From Christensenellaceae bacterium (GTDB lineage: Bacteria; Bacillota; Clostridia; Christensenellales; CAG-138): DNA of 64,000 nucleotides. Below the pieces are notes generated by a model. That model had not been told where the DNA came from and searched no databases. It saw only the letters and a program-made list of their open reading frames with translations. Where the stretch lies: NCBI GenBank assembly GCA_963665375.2, contig CAXXUL010000001.1, positions 733,001-797,000 on the forward strand. The letters are read 5' to 3'. Shown piece after piece: positions 45,577-55,233 of this stretch (positions are counted from its first letter, which is position 1; each line of letters opens with the position of its first letter). A program made the translations under genes and the position numbers.

Positions 45577-47025
45577 TTATTTTTCTACGACGAATACGCT
45601 TCCGTCATAGACCCCAAAGAGCGCGCCGCCTTCTTTTTCCTGCATTAAAAGATAGTTGATCGCGCGCCGATCGATCACCTCGCCCGGCATCACCAGCGCG
45701 ATTCCGGGTGGATAGATGCCAATGGGTTCTGCGGCAACGCTACCTTCCGCGTTTTTCAAAGGCTTCGTTCGCGTTTTTGCAAACGTCGCCTCGCGAATGC
45801 GCATCTTTTGCTCGTTCGCCGCAAAGCGAATTTCTTCTCCGCGGCTTATTTTCTTTCGCGGTGTCCGCTTTGGCAAATCCGCCAGCGCCTTTAGTAGTTG
45901 ATCATACCAAACCAGTTCGTCGTTTGGCGTGGTGATCAAAACCAGCCGTCGCGCATCCGCCATCTCCAGATAGATGTTGTTCTCTTCGAGAATCGCCTGC
46001 ACCTCATAGCCAGTATAGCCTCTTTGTGTCACATCAACAACAATTCGCGTTCGGTCGCGCTCAAAAACGCCGATCCCGATCGGGTCGTGAAACGTCCGCA
46101 GTCCGCCGATCGCCTCAATCTGCTCTTCCAGCTTCCTGCAACGCGAAACCTGCCCCGTCCAATCTCGCCGTCTCGCCATATAGACCGACCAGTCGAGAGA
46201 CGCCATCAATAGATAGGAAGGGCTTGTCGTTTCGGTCATAGCAAGCGCCCGGCGCAATCGTTCCGGCGTAATGCGGCATTCGCCAAGGTGCAAGCTCGCG
46301 GCCTGCGTCAACGCATCCATCGTCTTATGCTGAGAGTGCACAAAGAGGTCCGCATATCCGCCGAGAGAACGCGGTAGAGCCTCCGAGAAGGGATAATGCG
46401 CGCCGTGTGCGCCGTCTACCATCAATAGTGCTCCGTGACGATGTGCGGCTTGCGCAAGTCCTGCAACGTCCGCGCAGAGCCCGTATGCATTCGGTGTGGT
46501 GACGAGTACCGCCGTCGCACCCGTTTGCGTCAGCGCTAAATCGAGGTCTTCCGGCGTTACCATGCCAAGTAAGCCACTCGCTTTGTCATATCTTGGAGAG
46601 ATGTAGCTGGTTTCAATCCCGCGCAGCGCCGCACCACTCACCGCCGAGCGGTGACAATCCCGCGCAAGCAGCAGCTTATCTTCTTCCTCGAGCGCGAGTA
46701 TCATCGCCTGTACTGCGTTTGTTCCGCCGTTGACAACAAAAAAAGAAGCTTTCGCGCCATACGCTTTTGCCATGCTGTTTTGTGCCTCGGCAATCGCTCC
46801 CACCGGTGCATGCAGATTATCGGTGTTGCTCAGCTCGGTCACGTCCCAGAGTTGAAGCTCATCCCGCCAGAAGCCGGAGAGCCCCCTCCCTTTATGTCCG
46901 GGCATATGAAAACGCGCAGGGTTCTCTCGCGCATACGTGCCGAGGGTCTCCTGCAATGTTTCATTTTTATTTTCGGGGCGTTTGTCCATGCTCTGTTGTT
47001 CGTTATCTTTCTTTGCGTCAATCAT
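45577..47025 (-). CDS. PLP-dependent Orn/Lys/Arg decarboxylase family protein
   Basis: Motifs FHMPGHKGRG and the PLP-lysine motif SQHKT. 482 aa. Confidence 0.85.
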   Translation of the reverse strand: MIDAKKDNEQQSMDKRPENKNETLQETLGTYARENPARFHMPGHKGRGLSGFWRDELQLWDVTELSNTDNLHAPVGAIAEAQNSMAKAYGAKASFFVVNGGTNAVQAMILALEEEDKLLLARDCHRSAVSGAALRGIETSYISPRYDKASGLLGMVTPEDLDLALTQTGATAVLVTTPNAYGLCADVAGLAQAAHRHGALLMVDGAHGAHYPFSEALPRSLGGYADLFVHSQHKTMDALTQAASLHLGECRITPERLRRALAMTETTSPSYLLMASLDWSVYMARRRDWTGQVSRCRKLEEQIEAIGGLRTFHDPIGIGVFERDRTRIVVDVTQRGYTGYEVQAILEENNIYLEMADARRLVLITTPNDELVWYDQLLKALADLPKRTPRKKISRGEEIRFAANEQKMRIREATFAKTRTKPLKNAEGSVAAEPIGIYPPGIALVMPGEVIDRRAINYLLMQEKEGGALFGVYDGSVFVVEK

Positions 47026-47572
47026 GTTGTGATGGCGCTTGTTCGTCTACTTTTACCATCTTAGCGCTCTGCCACTGTGCGACTAATTTTGCAGAAAATT
47101 CCTCGCTCGCGCTGATTTCATACTGTATCTCTTTTTCGTCGATCATCGCAAAAACCTTGGTTGCTTCTCGATATGGTGGCAACGATGCCCGTACGATTTT
47201 TGCTTTATTTTTGTGCTTATCATCGCTACGCTGAATTTGGTGGATATCGTTCAGACTGATCACAGCAAGTATTCGCTCTACTTTACCGCCGAGTTGCTCC
47301 ATGGCTAGCGTGTCGCTGGTCAGCGTATAGCGGTAACGCAGAAAGTGTCGCCGATAGATATAGTAAGCCGCAATTGCTATCATCGCATATAAGGCCGGTT
47401 GCGTAACATGCCTTGGAAGCGAAAACCGTTCGTAAAGCAGATTCCCGACCGAAATGCAGCCGATGATCAGCACGATCAGCGCGGTATAAACAGCGCCCGC
47501 AGAGCGTGTCATTCTCCACTTCGGGGATGCTGTCTCCATCGCAACGAGTGTGATTACGGCGTTTTCATCCAT
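47018..47572 (-). CDS. hypothetical two-TM membrane protein
   Basis: Two TM segments, then a soluble C-terminal domain. It overlaps the start of the decarboxylase gene. The start codon is uncertain (47611, 47572 or an internal codon). Confidence 0.55.
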   Translation of the reverse strand: MDENAVITLVAMETASPKWRMTRSAGAVYTALIVLIIGCISVGNLLYERFSLPRHVTQPALYAMIAIAAYYIYRRHFLRYRYTLTSDTLAMEQLGGKVERILAVISLNDIHQIQRSDDKHKNKAKIVRASLPPYREATKVFAMIDEKEIQYEISASEEFSAKLVAQWQSAKMVKVDEQAPSQHD

Positions 47573-47688
47573 GTTAATATTATAGTAAGCGCAATTTAAA
47601 ACGTCAATCAAAGGCGAGTAATTTCGAGATATCGAGAGATTTTATGTCGTATTTTACAATAATCGCCCCCCATCGCTCGCCGTGTTCA

Positions 47689-47717
47689 TTGCAAGTGGCT
47701 TCAAATTCATGTAAAAT
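47689..47717 (+). promoter_or_regulatory. sigma-A-type promoter for tRNA-Asn
   Basis: TTGCAA, 17 nt, TAAAAT, ending 13 nt before the tRNA 5' end. Confidence 0.6.
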
Positions 47718-47730
47718 TTCCGAGTAACGT

Positions 47731-47806
47731 TCCTCCTTAGCTCAGTTGGTAGAGCATGCGGCTGTTAACCGCAGTGTCGTTGGTTCGAGTCCAACAGGGG
47801 GAGCCA
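47731..47806 (+). tRNA. tRNA-Asn (anticodon GTT), CCA-encoded
   Basis: Folded by hand. Acceptor TCCTCCT/AGGGGGA, D arm GCTC..GAGC, anticodon stem TGCGG/CCGCA with loop CTGTTAA, T arm GTTGG-TTCGAGT-CCAAC, and 3' GCCA. Confidence 0.9.
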
Positions 47807-47810
47807 GCTA

Positions 47811-47882
47811 AGTACTCACGAAATGATACAATTCGTGGGTACTTTTTTTATGCAAAAAGCCCAGACTTTCTGGGCTTTTTGC
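47811..47882 (+). terminator. two tandem rho-independent terminators after the tRNA
   Basis: AGTACTCACGAA...TTCGTGGGTACT followed by T6, then GCAAAAAGCCCAG-acttt-CTGGGCTTTTTGC. Confidence 0.75.
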
Positions 47883-48038
47883 ATATTGTAGTTATTATTG
47901 TTCGTGAAGAAATTGGCTGTTTGTACCCCGCGCTTTATATGATAGGAAAATTTGCACCCACCCCCAAGGAAACGCGCAGGAGTACGGGGAAACGCGCGAG
48001 AGTACAATTAACAAGAGATTACACTCGAATAATCCTGA

Positions 48039-49021
48039 TTATTCAGAGACGACAACACGAAACATACCTTGCGTTGTCGTTTTAATGAATAGTTCCGTCG
48101 TCCCAAGCAACTTTAATATATCAGAACTAATTGAAGATGTTGAGCAACCTGGTTGAACTATTACTACTTCGAACTGAATTTTTGACGAACGAGATTTTTC
48201 TTTAAAGTATGAAAGTTCTTTAATTGTACCCTTCAGAAATCTAGAAGCCCCTTCCTTCTCCCAAATTTCATTACGATGTTTTAGATCACGATAAAGGTGA
48301 GGAAGGCCAAGATGCTTTATTGCGATACTTTTTTGCGCCTGTCCGCATAACGTGTAGAAATTTCTAATGTCGCTAGAGATTTTCCCATTAATTGCTCCCT
48401 TGCAATGTACAAGACATAATTTTATAGTCTGCCCATCTTCTTCCTTTAGGCAAACCAAATCTCCTGCTTCCCCGCAACCATCATCATTAAATACGACATC
48501 AAAATCATCTGCGACTTTTTGAAAGCACATATATTGGATTGTATTTGTGTCATGGCTCTTACCTAGTGATTCTCTGTTTAGACTGATTGCAGAAAAATCC
48601 CAGATCTCAATTTGATCTTTGGGTAGCTCTCCTGCATTTATATTTGTCGGAATATGATAGCAATTATAAGAATAGGTTCCATCAGCATATCTTATTATCG
48701 GGGGATCTATAACAAAATACTCATCTAGTGAAATTTTTACTCCGTTCGCTTTCACAAAGCTAACATCGGGTCCCGAAAGTTTCTTGTAAAGAAATCCTTG
48801 CTGTGATATCTCACTGATTACGAAGCGAACTAATGAAGAAATCTCTTCACACGAGATAGAAATATCAACATCACCATTTTTCTCAACGTTTGATATAGCT
48901 AAATCTGTCAAATAAAGCGGTACTTCAAGCGAGCCAAACAAAATACATAACCGATCGCTAATAGACGATTGAACCTGTTCCCCCCACTGTATTCCAATTG
49001 GATATGAATTGTGTGGAGTTT
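48039..49021 (-). pseudogene. 5'-truncated gene of unknown function with a PD-(D/E)xK / Mrr-like nuclease-type motif, cut by an IS end
   Basis: The first 27 codons or so of ORF 48039-49100 are a translation of the IS terminal repeat (MDYSLGDTS...). The genuine part starts near 49016. It contains GEAGDLVCL...KLCLVHCKG...IRNFYTLCGQAQKS. Confidence 0.6.
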
Positions 49022-49178
49022 TGAGGTGTCCCCCAAAGAGTAGTCCACTTTGAGTGAGAAAAAATCGATGCTCTGAGGTGTCCCCCAAAGAGTAGTCCAC
49101 TTTGAGTGAGAAAAAATCGATGCTTTTGAGGTGTCCCCCAAAGAGTAGTCCACTTTGAGTGAGAAAAAATCGATGCTC
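49022..49178. repeat. three tandem copies (about 52-53 bp) of the IS terminal inverted repeat region
   Basis: TGAGGTGTCCCCCAAAGAGTAGTCCACTTTGAGTGAGAAAAAATCGATGCT starts at 49022, 49074 and 49127. The third copy continues into the IS body. Confidence 0.9.
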
Positions 49179-50015
49179 AGACGGCTTCCGAGCCCGTTTT
49201 TAGGGCAAATTCAGCCGGTGTTAGGTATGTTAGTGCGCTGTGCGGACGGAACTCGTTGTAGTCCCTTCGCCAGCGCTCTATTTTGTCTCTGGCATCCTCC
49301 AGAGACATAAACCAGTTCATGTTTAGGCATTCATCCCGGAAGCTGCCGTTGAACGATTCGATATGCGGGTTGTCTGTCGGCGTGCCGGGGCGGGAGTAAT
49401 CGAGTTTGACTTTGTTGAAGTACGCCCAGGCATCCAGCGCCCGAGAGATGAACTCAGGCCCGTTATCGACCTTGATTCGCAGAGGCAGCCCGCGGGCTGC
49501 CTTGAGTTTCTCCAGCTCGTCGCAGACCTGTTCGCCCTTGATCGATTTGTCCACGCAGATGGCTAAACTTTCCCGGCTGAACGTATCCAGCACCGTCAGC
49601 GCCCGGAACCGCTTACCATTGTACAATTGATCGGACACGAAGTCCATACTCCAGCATTCGTTCACCGCAGATGCCAATCCCTTCGTAGGGGCCCTCGAAA
49701 CGCTGATTTTCTTTCGGTTTGACGGTTTTCTCAGGTTCAATCCTTCCTGCCTGTAGAGCCTGTAGACCCGCTTATGGTTGATTTTCCACCCTTCACGCAG
49801 CAACAGGACATGGATCCGCCGATATCCATATCGCTTTCGCACGGAGGCGATTTCTTTGATTCTCATCCGTAAAAAGGCCTGCTCGTCGCGGGTTGGCTGC
49901 CTCCGATGCCATCCCCGGTTGATTCGCAATACCGTACAGCTTTTGCGTTCGCTTGCTTGAAAGCGTTCTTGCAGATAACGTACGGCATCCCGCTTCTCAG
50001 CAGGCCTTAGAATTT
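49177..50015 (-). CDS. IS3-family transposase OrfB (DDE), expressed as OrfAB by -1 frameshift
   Basis: The catalytic region (WSMDFV...LDTFSRE...KVDNGPEF...SRPGTPTDNPHIESFN) is DDE integrase-like. The frame extends upstream to the A7 at 50013-50019. Confidence 0.85.
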
Positions 50016-50282
50016 TTTTGTCAGTACATCCTGCAGCATCAGCTTATCCAGACTCAGATCAGCCACCAGTTTCTTCAGCTTTGCGTTCTCTTCTTCCAGC
50101 TGCCGCAGCCTCTTCATGTCGCTTGGCAGCATTCCGCCGTACTTGCTCTTCCAGCGGTAAAACGTCTGTTCCGCTATCCCGAGCTTCCGGCATACCTCCG
50201 ATATCGGCGTGCCCAGCTCCGCCTGCTTTAACGCAAAGGCGATCTGCTCCTCTGTGTAATTGCTCTTCTTCATTTTGTCCAC
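50007..50282 (-). CDS. IS3-family transposase OrfA (HTH + leucine zipper)
   Basis: YTEEQIAFALKQAELGTPISEVCRKLGIAEQTFYRWKSKYGGM...LEEENAKLKKLVADLSLD is close to the IS407-group OrfA. The ORF ends ACA AAA AAA TTC TAA. Confidence 0.85.
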   Translation of the reverse strand: MDKMKKSNYTEEQIAFALKQAELGTPISEVCRKLGIAEQTFYRWKSKYGGMLPSDMKRLRQLEEENAKLKKLVADLSLDKLMLQDVLTKKF

Positions 50283-50350
50283 CTTTTCCTTTTTCTTAGT
50301 TTATCATTTTCTCTCTTTTTAGGTGGACTACTTTTTCGGGGAGCAGGTCA

Positions 50351-51525
50351 TTGTCCACGTTAGCTTTTATTCCTTCCACGCAATGTATTCTAAAAGAACA
50401 CATAACATCGCTTAAAAGCCGTACAGACTGTAAAAAGTTATAAATAATAACCGGCATAAACGTATTAAGCTGAAAATTGCCTTGTGAAGCTGCGAAACTT
50501 ACAGTTGTATCATTTCCAGCTATCTGAACAGCCACCATTGTCATAGCTTCACACTGAGTTGGATTGACTTTCCCTGGCATAATTGAACTCCCCGGTTCAT
50601 TAGCAGGAATGCTTATTTCACCCAAGCCACAACGAGGACCACTAGCCAGCCATCGAATATCATTTGCGATTTTCATTAAATCCATTGCTAATGTTTTTAG
50701 TGCGCCATGTGCAAATGTTATATCATCCTTCGAAGATAAAGCATGGAATTTATTGTTAGAAGTGTGAAATGAGATACCTGTACATTGTGCAATTTCTCGG
50801 ACAGATAATTCAGCGAAGTCTTTTGGAGCATTAAGTCCTGTTCCAACGGCTGTCCCTCCCAAAGCAAGTGTTTCTATTCCAGCTAATGATACAAGAATCT
50901 TGCTTTTAGAATTCTCAAGCATACCTCGCCATCCACTGATTTCTTGTGCAAAGGAAATAGGGGTTGCATCCTGCAAATGAGTCCTAGCGATTTTAATTAT
51001 TGTCCTATTATCATTCTCCAACTTGTTGAAAGCTTCAATAAGACAATTTAAAGATGGAACCAGGTTGCTCATTATCGCTTGAACTGCTGCAATATGCATT
51101 GCTGTTGGAAAAGTATCATTGGAGCTTTGTGACATATTTACGTGATCATTCGGATGAATTATCTTTCCCTTTGCGATTTCATTGCCCTTGTTAGCGATGA
51201 CTTCGTTTATATTCATATTAGTCTGTGTACCGCTACCGGTCTGCCAAATAGAAAGAGGAAATTCGTCGTATAGTTCTCCACGTAAAATTAGATCACACAC
51301 CTCGCAGATTATTTCGCATCTGTGTTGATCTAATTTCTGCAATGTGTAATTTGCTCTTGCTGCGCTCTTTTTTACCAATGCCAAAGCTGAGATTAACTCC
51401 AGCGGCATCCTTTCTTCGCCAATTGCGAAATTCTGATAACTTCTTTGTGTTTGTGCCCCCCAGTATTTAGTTACTGGTACTTTAATTTCGCCCATAGAAT
51501 CTTTTTCGATTCGATAATCCATCAA
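50351..51525 (-). pseudogene. fumC: class II fumarate hydratase, 3'-truncated by the IS
   Basis: It has the GSSIMPGKVNPTQCEA signature and a SQSSNDTFPT loop. The native sequence stops at ...CVEGIKANVDN. The final codons (DLLPEKVVHLKREKMIN) are read from the IS end. About 50-60 C-terminal residues are missing compared with a typical FumC of about 460 aa. Confidence 0.8.
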
Positions 51526-51773
51526 TTATTCTCTCCATTACCAGTTGGATTTTGAAAATGCTGTGTAAACTGAATATTGAATACTCTGCAACCATATGAA
51601 TGAAAAATGTCACTGTTAGAAAAAGGTATTACAAAGTGTATCCGCGACAAAATGGATTAAGCAGGCGTTTTTCATAAATAAGTAATTTATCTTTGAGTAT
51701 TCCATAGTCTAGTAATCAACTTGACAGAATTATTCCCATCTCTTTTTTGTATTTTCCTGCTGGTATTCTCTCC

Positions 51774-52109
51774 AGAGTGTGTTTCCAAAAGGATATTTGA
51801 TAGAAACGTCGAATATATACAGAGGTATAAGAAATGGGAACTGTAATTAGACGTTTTGAACTCACGAATGCTGAATGGGAACGCCTGCAACCGTACTTTC
51901 TAGATCGACAAGCCGGAGATAAAGGCAGACCACCGGAGATACAAGGAACGCCACATCGAGGAATGCTTTTTTCTCAAGCTGAAAGAGCTTAGCCGTGTTG
52001 CCACCCGTCACGATATGCATGCTTGTTGGTACTTGAGCCTTGTGCATTTAGCCTGCATCCGCAAATTGCTTACATGATACACGGAAATATGAATTTAGAA
52101 ACACACTCT
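51774..52109 (+). mobile_element. internally deleted IS5-family (IS427-like) remnant, MITE-like, about 336 bp
   Basis: The inverted repeats are AGAGTGTGTTTC (51774-51785) and GAAACACACTCT (52098-52109). The N-terminal fragment MGTVIRRFELTNAEWERLQPYF... is DUF4096-like. The C-terminal fragment YKERHIEECFFLKLKELSRVATRHD...LVHLACIRKLL is in another frame. Confidence 0.7.
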
Positions 52110-52187
52110 AGAAACCATGTGTAGTAATGGATTTTCTTAGATACTAATCAATGACGTTTTCATACTTGATATTGTTGTCATCAAGTG

Positions 52188-53747
52188 CTACTTTGTATAC
52201 TGAGCAGCTAGTTTTCTTGCAATACTATACAGTTCAACGTCGCACGCCTTTACGCGGTTTGTTTCGACCGTGATAGCCGTCTTGTCCGAATTCCAAGTAG
52301 AACGTTGTTTATTAATCTGCTTTGCTGTACTCTCGGGAGCCGGTCCTCCAATATTATTCCTACTTACCACAAAATGCCAAGGATCCATTGCTTCGAGTAT
52401 ATCTGCCTCAGTCAACCCAGTCATGTCATGGCCTAGCTTTTCCGCAATATTTTTAACGAGCTCAAGATCTACTTCTTCAGGCTTAATATTTTTTTCGTAA
52501 CAATGCCTTATTAGATTACCAACAATCATATGAGATTCCGAAAAATTCAAACCTGTTTTTCTGGTGATTGTATCTGCAACTTCAACAACTTGTGCAAAAT
52601 AAGCACCTGCTAATTTTGCCATCCTATCTTTTTTAATGATCATCGTTTTCATAACGGGAGCCATCATATCCAGGACATCAATTGCGTATTTTATCGACTT
52701 ACCACAATATGGTTCGCCGGCATATCGCATAATTGGAAAAGCTGATGAACCACCAGTTAGTGTACATAAAAGCGCATTATAGAACCCTGCAACTTCGCCA
52801 GCACGTCCAATAGCAACTTCCATCGGGTAAGGGTTTTTTTTCTGCGGCATGATGCTGCTTGTACCGGCATATGCCCCGTCCAATTCGATTAAATCAAATT
52901 CATTGGAACTCCAGTTGTATAGATCTGTTATAAACCGATTTAGAGTATTCATCATAGTATTTACTGCACCCGTTATTGCCAAGATGCAATCATAGTTTTG
53001 GCCCGCATCATGGTCGTTTTCCAAGACGCCTGTAAAAGCCAATAGCTCTGCTAAACGTTCCCTGTTCATTGGCCATGCAGTTCCTGCGGTCGCGGCGCTA
53101 CCAAGCGGAGAATAATTGAACTGTCGATATAGAAACTCAAGCCGGTCGTAACAACGTTTCAAAGCGCAATTGATTCCAAGCAAATATTCTGCATAAGTGG
53201 TTGGCTGCGCTGATTGCATGTGTGTATATCCCGGCATCAATGTTTCTTTGTGTTCATCTGCTATGTCAATCAGAACTTCTCTGAATTCAAGGATCTTTTC
53301 TAGAAGTCGCCTTAATTCCTCTCTGATTGCTACTCTCGCAGACGTAGTATTGTAGTCGATTCGGCTTCTTCCTATATGCAAGCATCCACCTATGTCGTGC
53401 CCAAGTTTACGGACAAGATATGCTTCATAATTATTGAATGCTAAACCTAGTTTAGGATCAAAGGGAAAATTATCAGGTCCAAGTGTATCAATTTCTAGTA
53501 AAACAGAACAAATCGCAGCAGCTACTTCTTCCGTTATAAGATTTTCTTCATAAAGCATTACTGCCTGCGCAAGATTGCATTTGCTGCTTCCGTAATAAGC
53601 AACTTCCTCGGGTGGGAGAATCGGCGCATACATATATTTTACAATTTCTGGAGCCTGCGGTTTGCCATGCCGTGCAAACATCTGTTCTTCAAAGCCTTCT
53701 GCGTTTTCCTTTGTTATTCCTTCGGTGTCAATACTTATGTTTTTCAT
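52188..53747 (-). CDS. argininosuccinate-lyase-like member of the fumarate lyase superfamily
   Basis: It has the GTSSIMPQKKNP signature and HMQSAQPTT. The start at 53747 (MKNISID) has a GGGAG RBS. Substrate unknown. Confidence 0.75.
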   Translation of the reverse strand: MKNISIDTEGITKENAEGFEEQMFARHGKPQAPEIVKYMYAPILPPEEVAYYGSSKCNLAQAVMLYEENLITEEVAAAICSVLLEIDTLGPDNFPFDPKLGLAFNNYEAYLVRKLGHDIGGCLHIGRSRIDYNTTSARVAIREELRRLLEKILEFREVLIDIADEHKETLMPGYTHMQSAQPTTYAEYLLGINCALKRCYDRLEFLYRQFNYSPLGSAATAGTAWPMNRERLAELLAFTGVLENDHDAGQNYDCILAITGAVNTMMNTLNRFITDLYNWSSNEFDLIELDGAYAGTSSIMPQKKNPYPMEVAIGRAGEVAGFYNALLCTLTGGSSAFPIMRYAGEPYCGKSIKYAIDVLDMMAPVMKTMIIKKDRMAKLAGAYFAQVVEVADTITRKTGLNFSESHMIVGNLIRHCYEKNIKPEEVDLELVKNIAEKLGHDMTGLTEADILEAMDPWHFVVSRNNIGGPAPESTAKQINKQRSTWNSDKTAITVETNRVKACDVELYSIARKLAAQYTK

Positions 53748-54057
53748 TCTATACTCCCAATAAGTCAAACTTCTAAATATGTTTGCTTTTTAATGTTATT
53801 GTTCCATCAAGGATTTAATTCTTCAATCTCCCAATGATACTTAGTCATATGTGGTCCACCCGTTAACACTTCGATTCGGGTATTGATTCACTATGGTAAT
53901 CAAAGTTCCACTCAAATAATCCATCTCTGATAAACCTCTTAGGATTGCACAATATACAAAATTAGAATCTATTCTAAATGCTGCTTTGCATGATTATAGT
54001 ACCCTTTATGATTTGCTCTGTGCTTAATAACGATTATGATGATTCGGGGGTCTGCAG

Positions 54058-54088
54058 GGAGGCGATAAGAACGCAACTTATCGCCTCC
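54058..54088 (-). terminator. strong 12-bp hairpin downstream of tctC (no clear U-tract)
   Basis: GGAGGCGATAAG-loop-CTTATCGCCTCC, 16 nt after the tctC stop. Confidence 0.4.
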
Positions 54089-54103
54089 GAGCTTTCATGA
54101 CTA

Positions 54104-55192
54104 TTAGTTAGATAACGATGCGAAAAATTCCCCGACTTCTGCATACTCTTCTGCGATCGTAGCTTTCATTTCTTCAGCAGTATGATAAGCTGGGACAACA
54201 CCAATTTTTTTAACTAACGAAGTAAAGCCATCATCTTGAGTAATATTGTAAATAAACTCGTTCACCTGTTCGATTACATCTTGAGGTATCCCGACGGGAC
54301 CAAATAACCCATACCATTCATCTGACGATGCTCCGAGAATTTCAAGAATTTCAGGAAAATCATCAACGGCAGATGGCACACCTTCCATGAATTTTTCTCC
54401 AGTAATACCAGGGATCTCCATTGCAAACTGAATATCTCCTGAAGCCTGCAAAGCCTGTACGGCAGAGGGTGTTGAGAACCCGCAGTCGACTTCACCATTC
54501 GCAATTGCTACAGCAAGCGAGGCTGCATCCGCATATGATGTTAAACTAAATTCGTATCCGGCTTTAGCAAGCAGATTAAACATCAGAGAAGTTGTTGTAC
54601 TAATTACGCCGCCTCTAATAACACCAGGATTTCCCTTAACATATTCTAGGAACCCCGCAGTGTCAGAGACACCAATTCTTGAATACAACCCGCCATTCAC
54701 AGACCAGATCCAGCGGACTTCTGCCATAGATGCGAAACACTGCACATCATTAATTGGATCATAGTCTACTTCAACAGCATAGGGAGTAGTAGAAAACTGC
54801 TTGTTTGTGCACAACACAAATGTGTAGCCATCAGCAGCCGAATGGAGCGCTTCCGATGCACCAAGAGTAAAACTTGCTCCCGGAACGTTCTTGACAATTA
54901 CTACTTGACCTAGATACTGACCAGCCATAGATGCTACTGCTCTGGATAGCGAGTCATAACCGCCGCCTGGGTTTGCCGGTGCGATGATAGTTATGGGCTT
55001 GGATGGATAGTCATCCGGAGCTTTTACTTCAGCATTGCTGACTTCGGGACTTGTTGTGGTGCTGACCTCAGAGCTTGGTTCGATACTAGCCTCTGAACCC
55101 TCTGGGCTACTCACCGTAGGGGTAGTTGTACTACATGCTGTCATAGAAAGAATCATGATAGTAACCACTAGAATAGTTAGAAAGCGTTTCAT
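54104..55192 (-). CDS. tctC: tripartite tricarboxylate transporter substrate-binding lipoprotein (TctC/Bug family)
   Basis: Lipobox ILSMTAC, then an S/T/E-rich linker, then a Bug-family core (PSKPITIIAPANPGGGYD). AGGAGGG RBS at the 55192 start. Confidence 0.8.
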   Translation of the reverse strand: MKRFLTILVVTIMILSMTACSTTTPTVSSPEGSEASIEPSSEVSTTTSPEVSNAEVKAPDDYPSKPITIIAPANPGGGYDSLSRAVASMAGQYLGQVVIVKNVPGASFTLGASEALHSAADGYTFVLCTNKQFSTTPYAVEVDYDPINDVQCFASMAEVRWIWSVNGGLYSRIGVSDTAGFLEYVKGNPGVIRGGVISTTTSLMFNLLAKAGYEFSLTSYADAASLAVAIANGEVDCGFSTPSAVQALQASGDIQFAMEIPGITGEKFMEGVPSAVDDFPEILEILGASSDEWYGLFGPVGIPQDVIEQVNEFIYNITQDDGFTSLVKKIGVVPAYHTAEEMKATIAEEYAEVGEFFASLSN

Positions 55193-55233
55193 CGTTTTTC
55201 CCTCCTGTTTATTTATTATATAAAGTTCTACTA

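Larger units (their letters stand above)
49127..50350 (-). mobile_element. IS3-family insertion sequence (IS407-group-like), about 1.22 kb
   Basis: The terminal IRs are TGAGGTGTCCCCCAAAGAGTAGTCCAC (49127-) and, read on the minus strand from 50350, TGACCTGCTCCCCGAAAAAGTAGTCCAC. orfA and orfB are joined by an A7 slippery site. Confidence 0.85.

Noticed and set aside
47807-48038. Expected integrase gene and a direct repeat of the tRNA-Asn 3' end marking the island borders.
   Set aside because: I looked through 47.8-48.1 kb and 62.5-63.5 kb and found no integrase ORF and no copy of the GGTTCGAGTCC...CCA segment. Island boundaries are therefore inferred from composition only.
48908-49153. ORF (81 aa), and the first 27 codons or so of ORF 48039-49100, both starting MDYSLGDTS.
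   Set aside because: These are translations of the repeated IS end sequence and not genuine coding sequence.
49022-49178. Three regularly spaced direct repeats that could be taken for a mini CRISPR array.
   Set aside because: The repeats abut each other with no spacers. They are copies of the IS3-family terminal inverted repeat region, and no cas genes are nearby.
51687-52047. Minus-strand ORFs 51687-51890 and 51862-52047.
   Set aside because: They overlap the IS5-like remnant on the opposite strand and have no motifs or RBS. The plus-strand transposase fragments explain the region better.
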